Below, piece after piece: positions 19,944 through 29,885 of a DNA stretch of 64,000 nt. The notes beneath the pieces were generated by a model, which saw only the letters and a program-made list of their open reading frames with translations, was not told the DNA's origin and searched no databases. A program made the position numbers and the translations under genes. The DNA lies in contig JBBRCZ010000010.1 of assembly GCA_038204425.1 (NCBI GenBank), positions 1-64,000 on the forward strand, given 5' to 3'. Each line of letters opens with the position of its first letter. Position 1 is the stretch's first letter. This DNA comes from Spirochaetia bacterium (lineage in GTDB: Bacteria > Spirochaetota > Spirochaetia > DSM-27196 > Salinispiraceae).

Positions 19944-20021
19944 GCCAATACTCAAACCATAGTTTCACTATAAACTTGACAAAATTAGTAAAAGACAGCA
20001 CAGTTTTTATGTGGAGTACTT

Positions 20022-20702
20022 ATGAAAAAAAATAGACTTCTATTACTTGTCACCGTTATCTGCGGGTTTGCTATAGTTTCTTGCCAAGTACCATTTGCGA
20101 CAGACAAAGCTACCGTACTAATTGATAGCAATGCACTACTGGGTCGCAACTTCTCGGGCACCTCACCAGAAAACGCGCAAAACGTTAGTTTTAGTGTCAC
20201 CTTTGACGTAATTTCTGGCCTTGGTGAGTCTTTTTCTATAGGACCGGTTCCTTTGGAAGGTAGTATCTATAGTGTGGAGCTTAACCGAGGCGCTCGGTAC
20301 CTTATCACTATGCGTATAGACATCTTGCCAGATAATAAAGGATATGTGGCTTTTGAACGAGAGTTTTCGGTACCTGAGCAAGGACCGGCCCAACTCAGCA
20401 TGCCAGTCCTGGTCAGCCAGGATTTTACAGCTAATTACTATCAAACTGTAAATGTTTCATATCAAATTTCTTTTTATGAAAACGGACCACTTGCAGGTAA
20501 TGCGTATACGGTCAGTCTCTACAATGGCCAGACACTGCTATACACCAGCTCTAGCTTTCTTATCGATCCTCAAGGCAGTCCAGGAGCATCTGGCACCATC
20601 TCTGTAGTGAATGCCACGCCAACCAGCATCGTCTTTCGCATTCCTTTTGATGGCGGAGTCTTGATACTGTCGAAAAGAATTGGCACAGAAAACCAATCAT
20701 AG
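20022..20702 (+). CDS. Hypothetical lipoprotein, beta-rich
   Basis: GGAG RBS, MKKNR + hydrophobic stretch + IVSC lipobox. Confidence 0.75.
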   Translation: MKKNRLLLLVTVICGFAIVSCQVPFATDKATVLIDSNALLGRNFSGTSPENAQNVSFSVTFDVISGLGESFSIGPVPLEGSIYSVELNRGARYLITMRIDILPDNKGYVAFEREFSVPEQGPAQLSMPVLVSQDFTANYYQTVNVSYQISFYENGPLAGNAYTVSLYNGQTLLYTSSSFLIDPQGSPGASGTISVVNATPTSIVFRIPFDGGVLILSKRIGTENQS

Positions 20703-20730
20703 GCTTGAAGAAACAGGGGGTTTTGCTGCT

Positions 20731-21447
20731 TTGAACACACCAACGCCTCTAGGTCTTAGCTGGTGGTTTGCTTGTCTTTTGTTTGTCTTCTTGCTTGGCT
20801 TAGGCCACCAAGGCCTGGCAAGTCAGGACATTAAAGACCGACCAGCAGCTAGTCTGGTTTCGGCCACCAGCACTTGGACTGCGTATTCTTGGCTGTCGGG
20901 GGCATGGAAAGAGTCAATTTTGGCCAAAACTGTTAAAGAAACCTTTGACGAGCAAGGGCGCCTACTTAGCAGTTCTACAGCTTTGGATACTGGGCTGGTG
21001 GTAGAAAACGTTAGCTACCACTACGAAAAAGACCAACTTATGCGAATAATCTGGTCTGATGCTGAGCAAAATGTTACCTTAATAGCGAGTTATCAGTTTT
21101 CTAGTGCAGGAGTATCTATTTTGACGCGTCTTGCCAGCGGTAGTCTTTTGGAATCAGAGATTTTGGCCGAGCTTGGCGCTGACAATTGGCAGTCCAGTTC
21201 GGTCTATGGTTCTGACGGAGTGCTTCAAAAAACGCGTAACCTTAAGTTTGCGAGCCAGGACGTGCCTCTTGAGGAGCTTGTCTACGCGCCCAACGGTAGC
21301 CTGATTTACTCGCAAGGTCACAATTACTTGGAGCACGACCTGCAAGGTAATTGGACCATACGCCAAGACACTGAGAGCTTGGCAGGAAGGTTTAAGCGAC
21401 CAGTCTATATGATAAGGCGTAAGCTTATTTACGCAAAGGACTTATGA
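20731..21447 (+). CDS. Hypothetical exported protein with YD-like beta-hairpin repeats
   Basis: Signal-like N-terminus; FDEQGRL, YGSDGVL, YAPNGSL, HDLQGNW; start uncertain (20680 or 20731). Confidence 0.65.
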   Translation: MNTPTPLGLSWWFACLLFVFLLGLGHQGLASQDIKDRPAASLVSATSTWTAYSWLSGAWKESILAKTVKETFDEQGRLLSSSTALDTGLVVENVSYHYEKDQLMRIIWSDAEQNVTLIASYQFSSAGVSILTRLASGSLLESEILAELGADNWQSSSVYGSDGVLQKTRNLKFASQDVPLEELVYAPNGSLIYSQGHNYLEHDLQGNWTIRQDTESLAGRFKRPVYMIRRKLIYAKDL

Positions 21448-21985
21448 TATCATCAATTTTTCTGCTTCGACTAAGTATTTAGGCATAGTTCTACTTGGCT
21501 TTGTATTGTTACTCAATTCTTGCGCCTTTTTGAATGCTCTCGGATTTGCGCCGAGCAACAAAAATTATAGTGCAGAACACGAGATGGCAAGCTTAGCTGC
21601 TCCAGTAGGCAGCCCCGGCGCTGCAGTAATAAGCGCCGCTGTAGCGCGTATAAAAAATGCTACTATTCAGTCTGGTTCGTGCTACGACTTTGTGCAAGCG
21701 GTCTATACGGACGCTGGAATCACCGCTAAGCAACGCAAGCAAATATTTATAGGCAAGCGGGTCGGCCCCTACGCCCAAGCTAGTGAGCTCAAAGCCGGCG
21801 ACTGGATTTATTACGACCACCTTTATGCCAAGAATGCCGACCACTCGGTTATTTTTGTCGCTTGGATCAGCTTTGGTAATCGAACAGCCTTGGTGATTGA
21901 CTACGCTGGTGGCAACCGCCCTGAGTCTGGGCGCTATCGAATCGCTGACCTTTACAAAATCTGGGGCATAACACGCCCACTTTGA
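21444..21985 (+). CDS. Hypothetical lipoprotein with NlpC/P60/CHAP-like Cys-His pair; apparent 1-bp frameshift in signal peptide
   Basis: GSCYDFVQAVY, LKAGDWI, DHSVIF; LLLNSC lipobox; ATG 21444 out of frame with the 21506 ORF. Confidence 0.6.
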
Positions 21986-21993
21986 GATAAAAA

Positions 21994-23466
21994 ATGAACT
22001 TCCGTTTTGAAACAAGTTACTTGCACTTACCTCGCCTATTTTATGTGCCGACTTTACCCAGTCCGGTTACAAACCCGCAACTGCTGATATACAATCAAGA
22101 CCTTGCTGTCAGCCTCGGACTCGGCAAGCAAGCTCCTAGCCCTGCCGACTTGGCTATTCTTGCCGGCAATGCTATCGTTGAGGGCAGTCAGCCACTTGCG
22201 CAGGCGTATGCCGGTCACCAGTATGGTCACCAAACGATGCTGGGCGACGGTCGAGCAGTCCTATTGGGCGAACATTTAGATCTGCACGGCAAACGCTACG
22301 ATATTCAGCTCAAAGGGTCGGGTCGCAATGCTTTTTCTCGTAGTGGCGACGGGCGCGCGGCACTTGGGCCAATGTTGCGAGAATACCTGCTCAGCGAAGC
22401 TATGACCGCCTTGCACATCCCCAGCACGCGTAGCTTGGCAGTTGTCAAAACCGGCGAAGCTGTTTACAGAGAACATACACTCAAAGGTGCCATACTCGTT
22501 CGTGTGGCGGACAGTCATATACGATTTGGTACCTTTGAACTTGCAGCCGCCAAGGGTGATCTGCAGGATTTGCAAACTTTGGCGGACTACTGCATCAATC
22601 GTCACTACCCACACTTGGCAGGTCAGACTCAAGCTTACCGTTTATTTTTTGAGGCGGTCATGCAAGCTCACGCCAGTTTGATAGCTCGATGGACCCAAGT
22701 TGGCTTTGTGCACGGGGTTATGAACACCGACAACATGACTATTAGTGGCCAAACCATAGACTATGGACCCTGTGCTTTTATTGACAGTTATGATCCTGCG
22801 GCCTGTTTTAGCTCCATCGACAGGCATGGCCGCTACTCGTTTGGCAATCAGGCACATGTTGCCCAGTGGAATCTTGCCCGTCTGGCTGAGTCGCTCCTAC
22901 CTTTGTTTGACGAGGACCAAGACTCGGCCTTGGCTTATGCACAAGCAGCTGTCGAAGGCTTTCCCAAGCTGTATGCAGACTATTACCAACAATTTATGCT
23001 AGCCAAACTTGGCTTTGCCCAGCACTCCGAAGCAGCTGAATCGCTTCTCAATCAGCTTTTGACTTGGATGCAAAGCACTCGTGCTGACTATACACTTACT
23101 TTTAGCAAACTAACTCACGCTTTGACTCAAGCTCTGTCTCACCCTTTGACTCAAGACGATGCTGGGCAAGTCTTTGACTTGGACAATCAGCCACCTGAGC
23201 AATGGTTCAAACGATGGATGCAAGAACTCGGAACCACGAGAACTCAGGCCTGTGACCTTATGCACAAGTCAAACCCTATTTATATTGCTCGCAATCATTT
23301 AGTTGAAGAAGCGCTTAGCCAAGCAAGTGAAGCTGACGATATAACCTTGTTTGAGAAGTTTTTAAAAATAGTCCAGAATCCTTATACTCGACAAGATGAT
23401 AGTCAATACTATGAACTGCCACTGGAAGATCATGATCGTGGCTACCAGACCTTCTGCGGAACCTAA
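21994..23466 (+). CDS. selO: Protein adenylyltransferase SelO (YdiU/UPF0061)
   Basis: AYAGHQYG, LGDGRA, QLKGSG, DGRA, GFVHGVMNTDN, IDYGP, C-terminal TFCGT. Confidence 0.96.
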   Translation: MNFRFETSYLHLPRLFYVPTLPSPVTNPQLLIYNQDLAVSLGLGKQAPSPADLAILAGNAIVEGSQPLAQAYAGHQYGHQTMLGDGRAVLLGEHLDLHGKRYDIQLKGSGRNAFSRSGDGRAALGPMLREYLLSEAMTALHIPSTRSLAVVKTGEAVYREHTLKGAILVRVADSHIRFGTFELAAAKGDLQDLQTLADYCINRHYPHLAGQTQAYRLFFEAVMQAHASLIARWTQVGFVHGVMNTDNMTISGQTIDYGPCAFIDSYDPAACFSSIDRHGRYSFGNQAHVAQWNLARLAESLLPLFDEDQDSALAYAQAAVEGFPKLYADYYQQFMLAKLGFAQHSEAAESLLNQLLTWMQSTRADYTLTFSKLTHALTQALSHPLTQDDAGQVFDLDNQPPEQWFKRWMQELGTTRTQACDLMHKSNPIYIARNHLVEEALSQASEADDITLFEKFLKIVQNPYTRQDDSQYYELPLEDHDRGYQTFCGT

Positions 23467-23468
23467 GC

Positions 23469-24299
23469 ATGAGCTCTAATGACCTTCCAAGCCGAATGGA
23501 TTTGCTGTTGCGGCAAGCCTTGTCGGTCGTCACGGATGTGCAGCAATTAAAAGTATTGACGTTGTTCACACAAAAGCTTGCTGGCGCGGCCTGGCAAGCT
23601 TGGCTTGGGCACCGAGAACCAAAGGACAACAGTCAGACTCACGAGTTTATTGTTTTGGGCAATGCCCTCCAAATTGCCGAACACCAAGGCTTGGACTTAA
23701 GCCAAAAACGCATAGCGTGTGCTTTTGCCTTGTGCCATGATTGCTTTCCCATCCAACGCATTATGGAACAAGACCAGCGCCTAGCAGATGAGCACGAGCA
23801 AGCTCTGGTTGCGCAAGAAATTAACCAACAGCGTTTGCAGCATATGCACGGTGGTGCCGACAAGGCCAGAGAACTCTTGACAAATTTAGCCTCAGGCCCT
23901 AATCCAGACTGTCTCGCTATTAGTCCACAAGAAATAGAACGCTGCTGCGCGCTGATTGCCATACACGATGCGTGGAAGCTGTCCCCACCACAACCGATTC
24001 CAAGCCATGACGCACTCGCCTTGTGCTGTTTTGAAGCTGATGTTTTGTGGCCGCTGCACCCTTTAGGAGTACAGGCCGATCTTGAACGGGCACTTGCCAA
24101 TGGAAAAGAAGTCGAGCTATTTTTGCCACAAGTCTGGAACGATCAAGCTCACCAAAATCAACTTACATTAAAGTTGGCCCGTTCTGGATGGTCACACCTG
24201 CCAGAGGCCGATTTTGTTCACAGCCATGTTCTGTTTCGTACCCAAAAAGGCTACTCTCTGTACAAAATGTGGTCAGATTTTTGGCATCTTGACGTTTAG
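23469..24299 (+). CDS. HD-domain phosphohydrolase-like protein
   Basis: H (QTHE)...ALCHD...QHMHGG...AIHD...EADVLW pattern in a helical protein. Confidence 0.7.
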   Translation: MSSNDLPSRMDLLLRQALSVVTDVQQLKVLTLFTQKLAGAAWQAWLGHREPKDNSQTHEFIVLGNALQIAEHQGLDLSQKRIACAFALCHDCFPIQRIMEQDQRLADEHEQALVAQEINQQRLQHMHGGADKARELLTNLASGPNPDCLAISPQEIERCCALIAIHDAWKLSPPQPIPSHDALALCCFEADVLWPLHPLGVQADLERALANGKEVELFLPQVWNDQAHQNQLTLKLARSGWSHLPEADFVHSHVLFRTQKGYSLYKMWSDFWHLDV

Positions 24300-24465
24300 C
24301 TTACGCGCTCTTGGTGCTTAGAGCAGAAAGTGTCAGACCTAGATCCATGATTTGCACAGGCAATAATTGATCTAAACATTATTTTGGAGATTATTATTTT
24401 TTAATATTTGTAATTTAACTTATATTACTTATATTTTATATATCAATTTCATTACGGAGGACGAT

Positions 24466-25176
24466 ATGAAAAAAATAACGATTCTTTTGGCCTTTGCACT
24501 GCTTTCTGTGGCTGCATTATCAGCGCAACGAGCCGGTCGACTAAGCGAAGAACGATTCAACAACCAACGACGAAATCACACTCTGACTATATACGTTACA
24601 CCAGCCAAGAACTATCAGATCTTTGTTAACGACATAGCCCTGCGAGGATCTCAAGCTAGACTCAGCGAGGGCATCCACAGGGTAAGAGTTGAGTCCAATG
24701 GTTTTGAAAGCTGGTCGAGAACTGTCAACCTCAATTCTGATCAACGACTGCAAGCAAATCTTGTTTACCAAGTCTATACACTCAGTTTTGCAATTAGTAA
24801 TAGCGACAACTATCAGGTACATGTCAACGGCAAGCGCCTCAACGCACGGTCAATTTCTCTATCTGGTGGGACACATTCTATCCAAATTACTGCCGACGGT
24901 TTTGAACCCTATCAAAATAATGTCACTCTAAATAGCGATCAATTGATTAGGGTTTCGCTCGTGGCATCCACAGGAACTTTGCAGGTAAATATTCCACCCA
25001 ATGCCAAACTCAGCATCAATGGCCAAAGGTATGAGCAAGATAATATTCGCCTGGCAAGCGGTAACTACAGAATTAGAGTTGATTTTGGCAGATTGCATAC
25101 CCAGACGCGAGTCAATATTCGATCTGGTCAAACTACTAACCTCCAACTTGGTCTCAACATAGCCGTAAGCAACTAG
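24466..25176 (+). CDS. Secreted PEGA-domain repeat protein
   Basis: GGAGG RBS, signal peptide, three ~65-aa repeats (VN...L.xG.H...xxGFE.....LNSDQ). Confidence 0.85.
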   Translation: MKKITILLAFALLSVAALSAQRAGRLSEERFNNQRRNHTLTIYVTPAKNYQIFVNDIALRGSQARLSEGIHRVRVESNGFESWSRTVNLNSDQRLQANLVYQVYTLSFAISNSDNYQVHVNGKRLNARSISLSGGTHSIQITADGFEPYQNNVTLNSDQLIRVSLVASTGTLQVNIPPNAKLSINGQRYEQDNIRLASGNYRIRVDFGRLHTQTRVNIRSGQTTNLQLGLNIAVSN

Positions 25177-25188
25177 GGTTCTTAAGCA

Positions 25189-25220
25189 AGGGATAGCGCA
25201 CTTTTAACCCCGCGCTATTC
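25189..25220. terminator. Hairpin between convergent genes
   Basis: GGGATAGCGC...GCGCTATTCC inverted repeat; weak T-tract. Confidence 0.5.
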
Positions 25221-25233
25221 CTTCCATACTTAG

Positions 25234-25692
25234 CTAATTGGCAAAATAGACGTAAGAATCCTTGAGAACAACATAGGCAGTAGGGGCACTCATGGTCATT
25301 CCTGCAAGACTGGTATCTTTTGCGAAGCGCAGGGTCGAGCCAGCATTTGTATCGGCCATAGTCAAGCTGTCACCTGATGAAGCGATATCACTTTGATAGG
25401 GGCGTCCTTTATATTCAAGCCGCCACTGGGTACTATCTTCGTCAATAACAGTAATAGTCAAGTGAGAATTTCCATCACTAAACTTCCAAATCATCCGTTC
25501 TCCGTCCATTTCTATCAGTGGCAGTCGTAACTTAATAACTAAACCGCCATTGTTGCCCTTGATACTTATAACGGCTAGGCTGCTCTCGATAGTTTCTCTG
25601 GCTCCGTTAGTTTCGCCAGTAGACTGTTGGGCCGCAAGAGGACCAAAACCTAGCGCCATCAAAAGTCCAAGCAGGACTGTTTTTCTTATCAT
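25234..25692 (-). CDS. Hypothetical exported protein
   Basis: GAGG RBS, signal peptide MIRKTVLLGLLMALGFGPLAA. Confidence 0.7.
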   Translation of the reverse strand: MIRKTVLLGLLMALGFGPLAAQQSTGETNGARETIESSLAVISIKGNNGGLVIKLRLPLIEMDGERMIWKFSDGNSHLTITVIDEDSTQWRLEYKGRPYQSDIASSGDSLTMADTNAGSTLRFAKDTSLAGMTMSAPTAYVVLKDSYVYFAN

Positions 25693-25749
25693 TTAGTTTC
25701 CTCACTGGAGTCAATGCTAAGTGTTAGGCTCAGGTATAGCAAGCCAGCA

Positions 25750-26310
25750 TCATTGCAGGATCAACTGGTACTTCTGGGCAGAGTCGGTGGAACCAAGGCT
25801 AAAACTTATGCTATGCAGTTTGTTGTCGTAGAGCACGAGGTCAATGATTGCACCTTTATCGCTGAATTGAAGCTCGTAGCGCTTTCCGAGACCTTTTACA
25901 TTAATTGCTTGTTTGCCTTTGGCCATCATGAGCGCAGGGCGCTGTATCCATGGGCCAAAGAGAAGTGGCATGTTGGTACTGCGTATCTCCGGATTGTATA
26001 TGAGTGGCTTAAAAAAACTGGTGCTTTTTTGTTCCCCATTTGCTTGAAATTCTATCCAAGAATAGCGATTATCTTTGCCCTTTACAGCAAGCAGCTTAAG
26101 GCTATCTTCTGAAAGTGTTTCGCCATCAAAACGTGTAAACAGATAACTTGCGCTGTTGCCGCTCGCTTTGACCGCCAGATGGTAAAAACGACCCTCGTTG
26201 TCGGCCCATGTCCATGACGGCTGGTCTGTCACGAAAGTTTGAACGGGGAAAAACTGAATTATGATAGCTGCCAACAGTTCCAGCAGCACTTTGCCTATTT
26301 CAATTGCCAT
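25750..26310 (-). CDS. Hypothetical protein
   Basis: GAGGT RBS, N-terminal hydrophobic stretch, co-oriented with neighbours. Confidence 0.6.
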   Translation of the reverse strand: MAIEIGKVLLELLAAIIIQFFPVQTFVTDQPSWTWADNEGRFYHLAVKASGNSASYLFTRFDGETLSEDSLKLLAVKGKDNRYSWIEFQANGEQKSTSFFKPLIYNPEIRSTNMPLLFGPWIQRPALMMAKGKQAINVKGLGKRYELQFSDKGAIIDLVLYDNKLHSISFSLGSTDSAQKYQLILQ

Positions 26311-26339
26311 AGAATAACCTCACTTAATAGAAGTTTGGT

Positions 26340-26782
26340 CTAATCCACCAGTTCAAACCAGCCCTTTTCTCGCTTATAGGCAAAAACTTCACCGGTTTCT
26401 ATTATGTAGTGCCAACCGTGAATTTCTATCTTGCCTTCCATATATTTTTCTCCGCTATAAAAATAGCTCAGTAAGTTCTTCATTTGTTGCACGACATTCA
26501 TTTGTTCTACCTGAAGTTGTATACATGCTTATTCTATCGCACTTGTCGTAGAGACCAATTCATCAGGTTCTCTATAAAAGGGACCAAGTTGGCAATATTG
26601 CGAATAACAAATAACTCTCCGGGTAAGGTACGGGTTATCAAGTTAGGAACCATGCGCGCATCAGCACAGGCTATAAATAAGGTATGAGGCTTTTGTTGAG
26701 TGTTCAACTCGCCAAAGAGGTCTTTATGTGCCTCAAAATCTTCTTTGCGAAACTGTATCAAGCCGTCCATCAAGTTCTTCAT
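26340..26782 (-). pseudogene. Beta-class carbonic anhydrase pseudogene
   Basis: IACADAR and GELFVIRNIANLVP intact; then frameshift (~26577), in-frame TAA (26529-26531) and loss of the GHxxCG segment; recognisable C-terminus IHGWHYIIETGEV. Confidence 0.9.
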
Positions 26783-27840
26783 AGAGTAACCTGTTTTGCC
26801 GTTGACAAAATTAACTGCTCAGTTTGTTGCCAACCAATGCATGCGTCAGTCACGCTTTGTCCATAGACGAGTAGATTGAGATCATTTGGAATCTCTTGGC
26901 GCCCTTCTATCAAGTTACTTTCTAACATAAAACCCATCACTGAGTCAAAACCGCGTTTGCGGTGCTGTATAACTTCTTCGAGTACACAACTTTGCTTACG
27001 GTAGTCTTTGTTACTGTTGGCATGCGAACAATCAATTACTATGCGCTGAGGCAAATTGGCCGACTTAAGTAGTTTTATTGTTTCTTCTAGCGATTCGCGG
27101 TGGTAATTGGGCCCCGCCTTGCCACCTCGTAAGATTATATGACCCATAGGGTTACCACTGGTTTTTACCAAACTTGCGCGCCCGTCTCGGTCTAGGCCAA
27201 TAAAACTGTGTGAAGAGCCGGCAGATACCATCGCATTTACAGCCGTGTCCACACTTCCATCAGTACCGTTCTTAAAACCAACCGGCATAGACAAACCAGA
27301 TGCCATCTCTCGATGGGTTTGACTCTCGGTAGTTCGAGCGCCGATGGCTGCCCAGCAAACTAAGTCATCAATATATTGCAGAACTATAGGGTCAAGAGCC
27401 TCTATGGCGGCGGGCAAGCCAAGTTCATTAACTTGTCTAAGTACCTTTCTTGCCAGTCTTAGGCCGTTTGGAATATCGTTGCTATTGTCAAGATGAGGGT
27501 CAAGTATCAGGCCTTTCCATCCCAACTTGGTACGGGGTTTTTCAAAATAGACGCGCATTATTAGCAAGAACTTGTCTGCTACTTTTATGCTCAAGTCTCT
27601 CAGTTTGTGTGCGTAATCAAGCGCGGCATCCGGATCATGAATTGAACAAGGCCCTACGATAGCCAAAAGCCTTTTGTCCTTGCCCAACAGAATGTCCTCA
27701 ATTGCTTGGCGCTGTCTCAAGACATGGGTTTCAATTGCCTCGCTGGCAGGCTGCTCAGAAAAAAGTTGGCGCGGAGAGATAATTGGCGAAAAGTTTTGAA
27801 CCCTAGTGTCACTGGTCTGTGGCATGTCTACCATCCTCAA
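26779..27840 (-). CDS. DAHP synthase class I-alpha (AroF/G/H family)
   Basis: GPCSIHD, RVYFEKPRT, IGARTTESQTHRE, DCSHANS, YGQSVTDACI. Confidence 0.96.
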   Translation of the reverse strand: MRMVDMPQTSDTRVQNFSPIISPRQLFSEQPASEAIETHVLRQRQAIEDILLGKDKRLLAIVGPCSIHDPDAALDYAHKLRDLSIKVADKFLLIMRVYFEKPRTKLGWKGLILDPHLDNSNDIPNGLRLARKVLRQVNELGLPAAIEALDPIVLQYIDDLVCWAAIGARTTESQTHREMASGLSMPVGFKNGTDGSVDTAVNAMVSAGSSHSFIGLDRDGRASLVKTSGNPMGHIILRGGKAGPNYHRESLEETIKLLKSANLPQRIVIDCSHANSNKDYRKQSCVLEEVIQHRKRGFDSVMGFMLESNLIEGRQEIPNDLNLLVYGQSVTDACIGWQQTEQLILSTAKQVTL

Positions 27841-27973
27841 GAATACTTTTGCATAGTGCTACCACAGCAACTAGTCACAAAGCAAGCTGTAGAGAAAGCT
27901 TGGCTATAGAGGCTGATTAGGTTACTATTGGGCAGGTATGATGTTTTTAAATAACTAGCATCCAAAGAAAACG

Positions 27974-28942
27974 TTGCAGTCTAGGAGTCCGTCTTTGACA
28001 AAGTATCTAGTTCTTGGTAGTGGGCCAGTTGGACTTGCCCTTACAGACGAATTAAAAAAAACTGAAGATCAGATTTTGCTTGTCAACAAAAGTGGCCAAT
28101 GCCGGGAGAACTTAAGCGAAAAGGTGCAACTACTGGCATGCGATGCACGCGACCAAAATAGTTTGGCGCAACTTTGTCAAGGCGTGCAAGTCATATTCTT
28201 TGCTGCCGGGGTAAGTGTGGCCAACGAGGCCATTGACCTGCCGCTCTTGGTTCAAAGCGCCTTGTTTGCGGCTCAAGAGTCAGGAGCAGTATTGGTCTAC
28301 CTTGATACAATGTGGGCCTACGGCAATCAAGAAGGTCGACCTATTTCAGAAGCAAGTCCAGAACAAGCACTAGGTAGCTCTGGCAAACTGCGGGTTAGTC
28401 TTAGCAGTCTGCTTAGATCCGAAATTGGCAAAAAAAAAGTAAAAATAATCATCGCTCGCTCGCCTGACATTTACGGCCCGCGTGTGCTTGGCTTCCCGCT
28501 CGGTGAAGCCGTGTTTGGCAATGCGGTTAGTGCCAAGCCGCTTGCCTTTGCCGGCCGTCTTGACATGCCCCATTCCTTTATATTTGTCAGGGATTTGGCC
28601 CGTAGCCTAGTCGTACTTGCCAACAATGAGGATGCAATTGGAAAAACCTGGCATCTCCCGAGTCCACAGACGGTAACCCAAGGGCAGATTAGAGACATGA
28701 TCAGCGACTCGTGTAACCGCCAACTCAAAGTGCAAACCTACGGTGCCAAACGGGGTCTTTTCTCCAAAACTGATCCATTGTTGGCCGAGCGTATGTTTGG
28801 CTTTGAGAACCCTTTTGTTGTCAACCACAGCCGATTTGCAACCACATTTGGAGAACGAGTTACTGCTCATAATCTTGCGGTTTTTGAAACCTTGGAGTGG
28901 TATAAACGCAAAGCCGGCATTCCACTACGCTATGGCTTCTAA
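27974..28942 (+). CDS. NAD-dependent epimerase/dehydratase family (atypical SDR)
   Basis: VLGSGPVG, ARSPDIYGP, HSFIFVRDLA. Confidence 0.8.
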   Translation: MQSRSPSLTKYLVLGSGPVGLALTDELKKTEDQILLVNKSGQCRENLSEKVQLLACDARDQNSLAQLCQGVQVIFFAAGVSVANEAIDLPLLVQSALFAAQESGAVLVYLDTMWAYGNQEGRPISEASPEQALGSSGKLRVSLSSLLRSEIGKKKVKIIIARSPDIYGPRVLGFPLGEAVFGNAVSAKPLAFAGRLDMPHSFIFVRDLARSLVVLANNEDAIGKTWHLPSPQTVTQGQIRDMISDSCNRQLKVQTYGAKRGLFSKTDPLLAERMFGFENPFVVNHSRFATTFGERVTAHNLAVFETLEWYKRKAGIPLRYGF

Positions 28943-28968
28943 GCGACCAATGAAGCAAAGGAAGCTCA

Positions 28969-29850
28969 GTGTTTTTATTTGACCTCTTATTGATTGTTAT
29001 TTTTGTACTCGTAATAGGAAACTTTTTTAAAAGCCTCGGCGGTCGGCGCCGCCAATCACGCTTGAGTCCACTTGCGGATTCGCTAAAAGAGACCCAAAAC
29101 CTGAGCAAGGTAGACTCAATGATGGCCGGAATGAGTCTTCAGGAACAACAGCACTATCAAGACAGCATGACTATATCAGTCTGTTTTGCTCGCTTTGCTC
29201 TGCAAGTAGCTCAGGCGGATGGCTACGTTTCTGGTCAAGAAATACAAAGCATCTTTGGCTTTTTTAGAGGAGCTGATTCTCGCATACGTGAGCACCTCGA
29301 AGATGTAATTAGCAAAGACTTGCAACACCCAGCAAGTATTGACTGGAGCTACAACCAAAAAGAAGCTTTGCGTATTCTGGCCAAAAGCGACTGGAGAGAA
29401 TTTTCCGCCGTGATGTTTGATGGATTACTCAAAATCAGCATGGCGGATGGAGCGCTCAGCCAGCACGAGTTAGAAACCATCTTTTTGATTATGTCAGACC
29501 TTGGCTGGAGCCAAAGTAGAATGCAAAGCTGGTTTCAATCAAGAACAGGGTTTGATGCCAACTTTGCCAATGGTGAGCATAGCCACGAGTCCTTTGGAGG
29601 CCAATATAGGCATCGGGCCACCAGTTCCGGTACTGAAAGCCAAGAGCAAAGACTAGACAAAGCCTTTAATGTTCTCGGCTTACCGACAAATGCCGACGGC
29701 GATGCCATTCGTCGTCGTTACCGCGAGCTAGCCCGAGAAAATCACCCGGATCGCTACGCTCAGCTTGGTGAAGAGATACAAAAGACCGCAACAGCTCGCT
29801 TTCAAGTGATTCAAGAGGCCTATGATTTCTTACAAAAAAATCGCAACTAA
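28969..29850 (+). CDS. DjlA-like co-chaperone (TM + TerB-like + J domain)
   Basis: Two ADGxxS motifs; C-terminal J domain with HPD. Confidence 0.88.
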   Translation: MFLFDLLLIVIFVLVIGNFFKSLGGRRRQSRLSPLADSLKETQNLSKVDSMMAGMSLQEQQHYQDSMTISVCFARFALQVAQADGYVSGQEIQSIFGFFRGADSRIREHLEDVISKDLQHPASIDWSYNQKEALRILAKSDWREFSAVMFDGLLKISMADGALSQHELETIFLIMSDLGWSQSRMQSWFQSRTGFDANFANGEHSHESFGGQYRHRATSSGTESQEQRLDKAFNVLGLPTNADGDAIRRRYRELARENHPDRYAQLGEEIQKTATARFQVIQEAYDFLQKNRN

Positions 29851-29885
29851 TGCACAAGCTATAGCATTGTGATAGACTTGCAACT

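Noticed and set aside
23440..23470. Selenocysteine recoding at the selO C-terminus
   Set aside because: Ends TFCGT with TGC Cys and a TAA stop; no in-frame TGA
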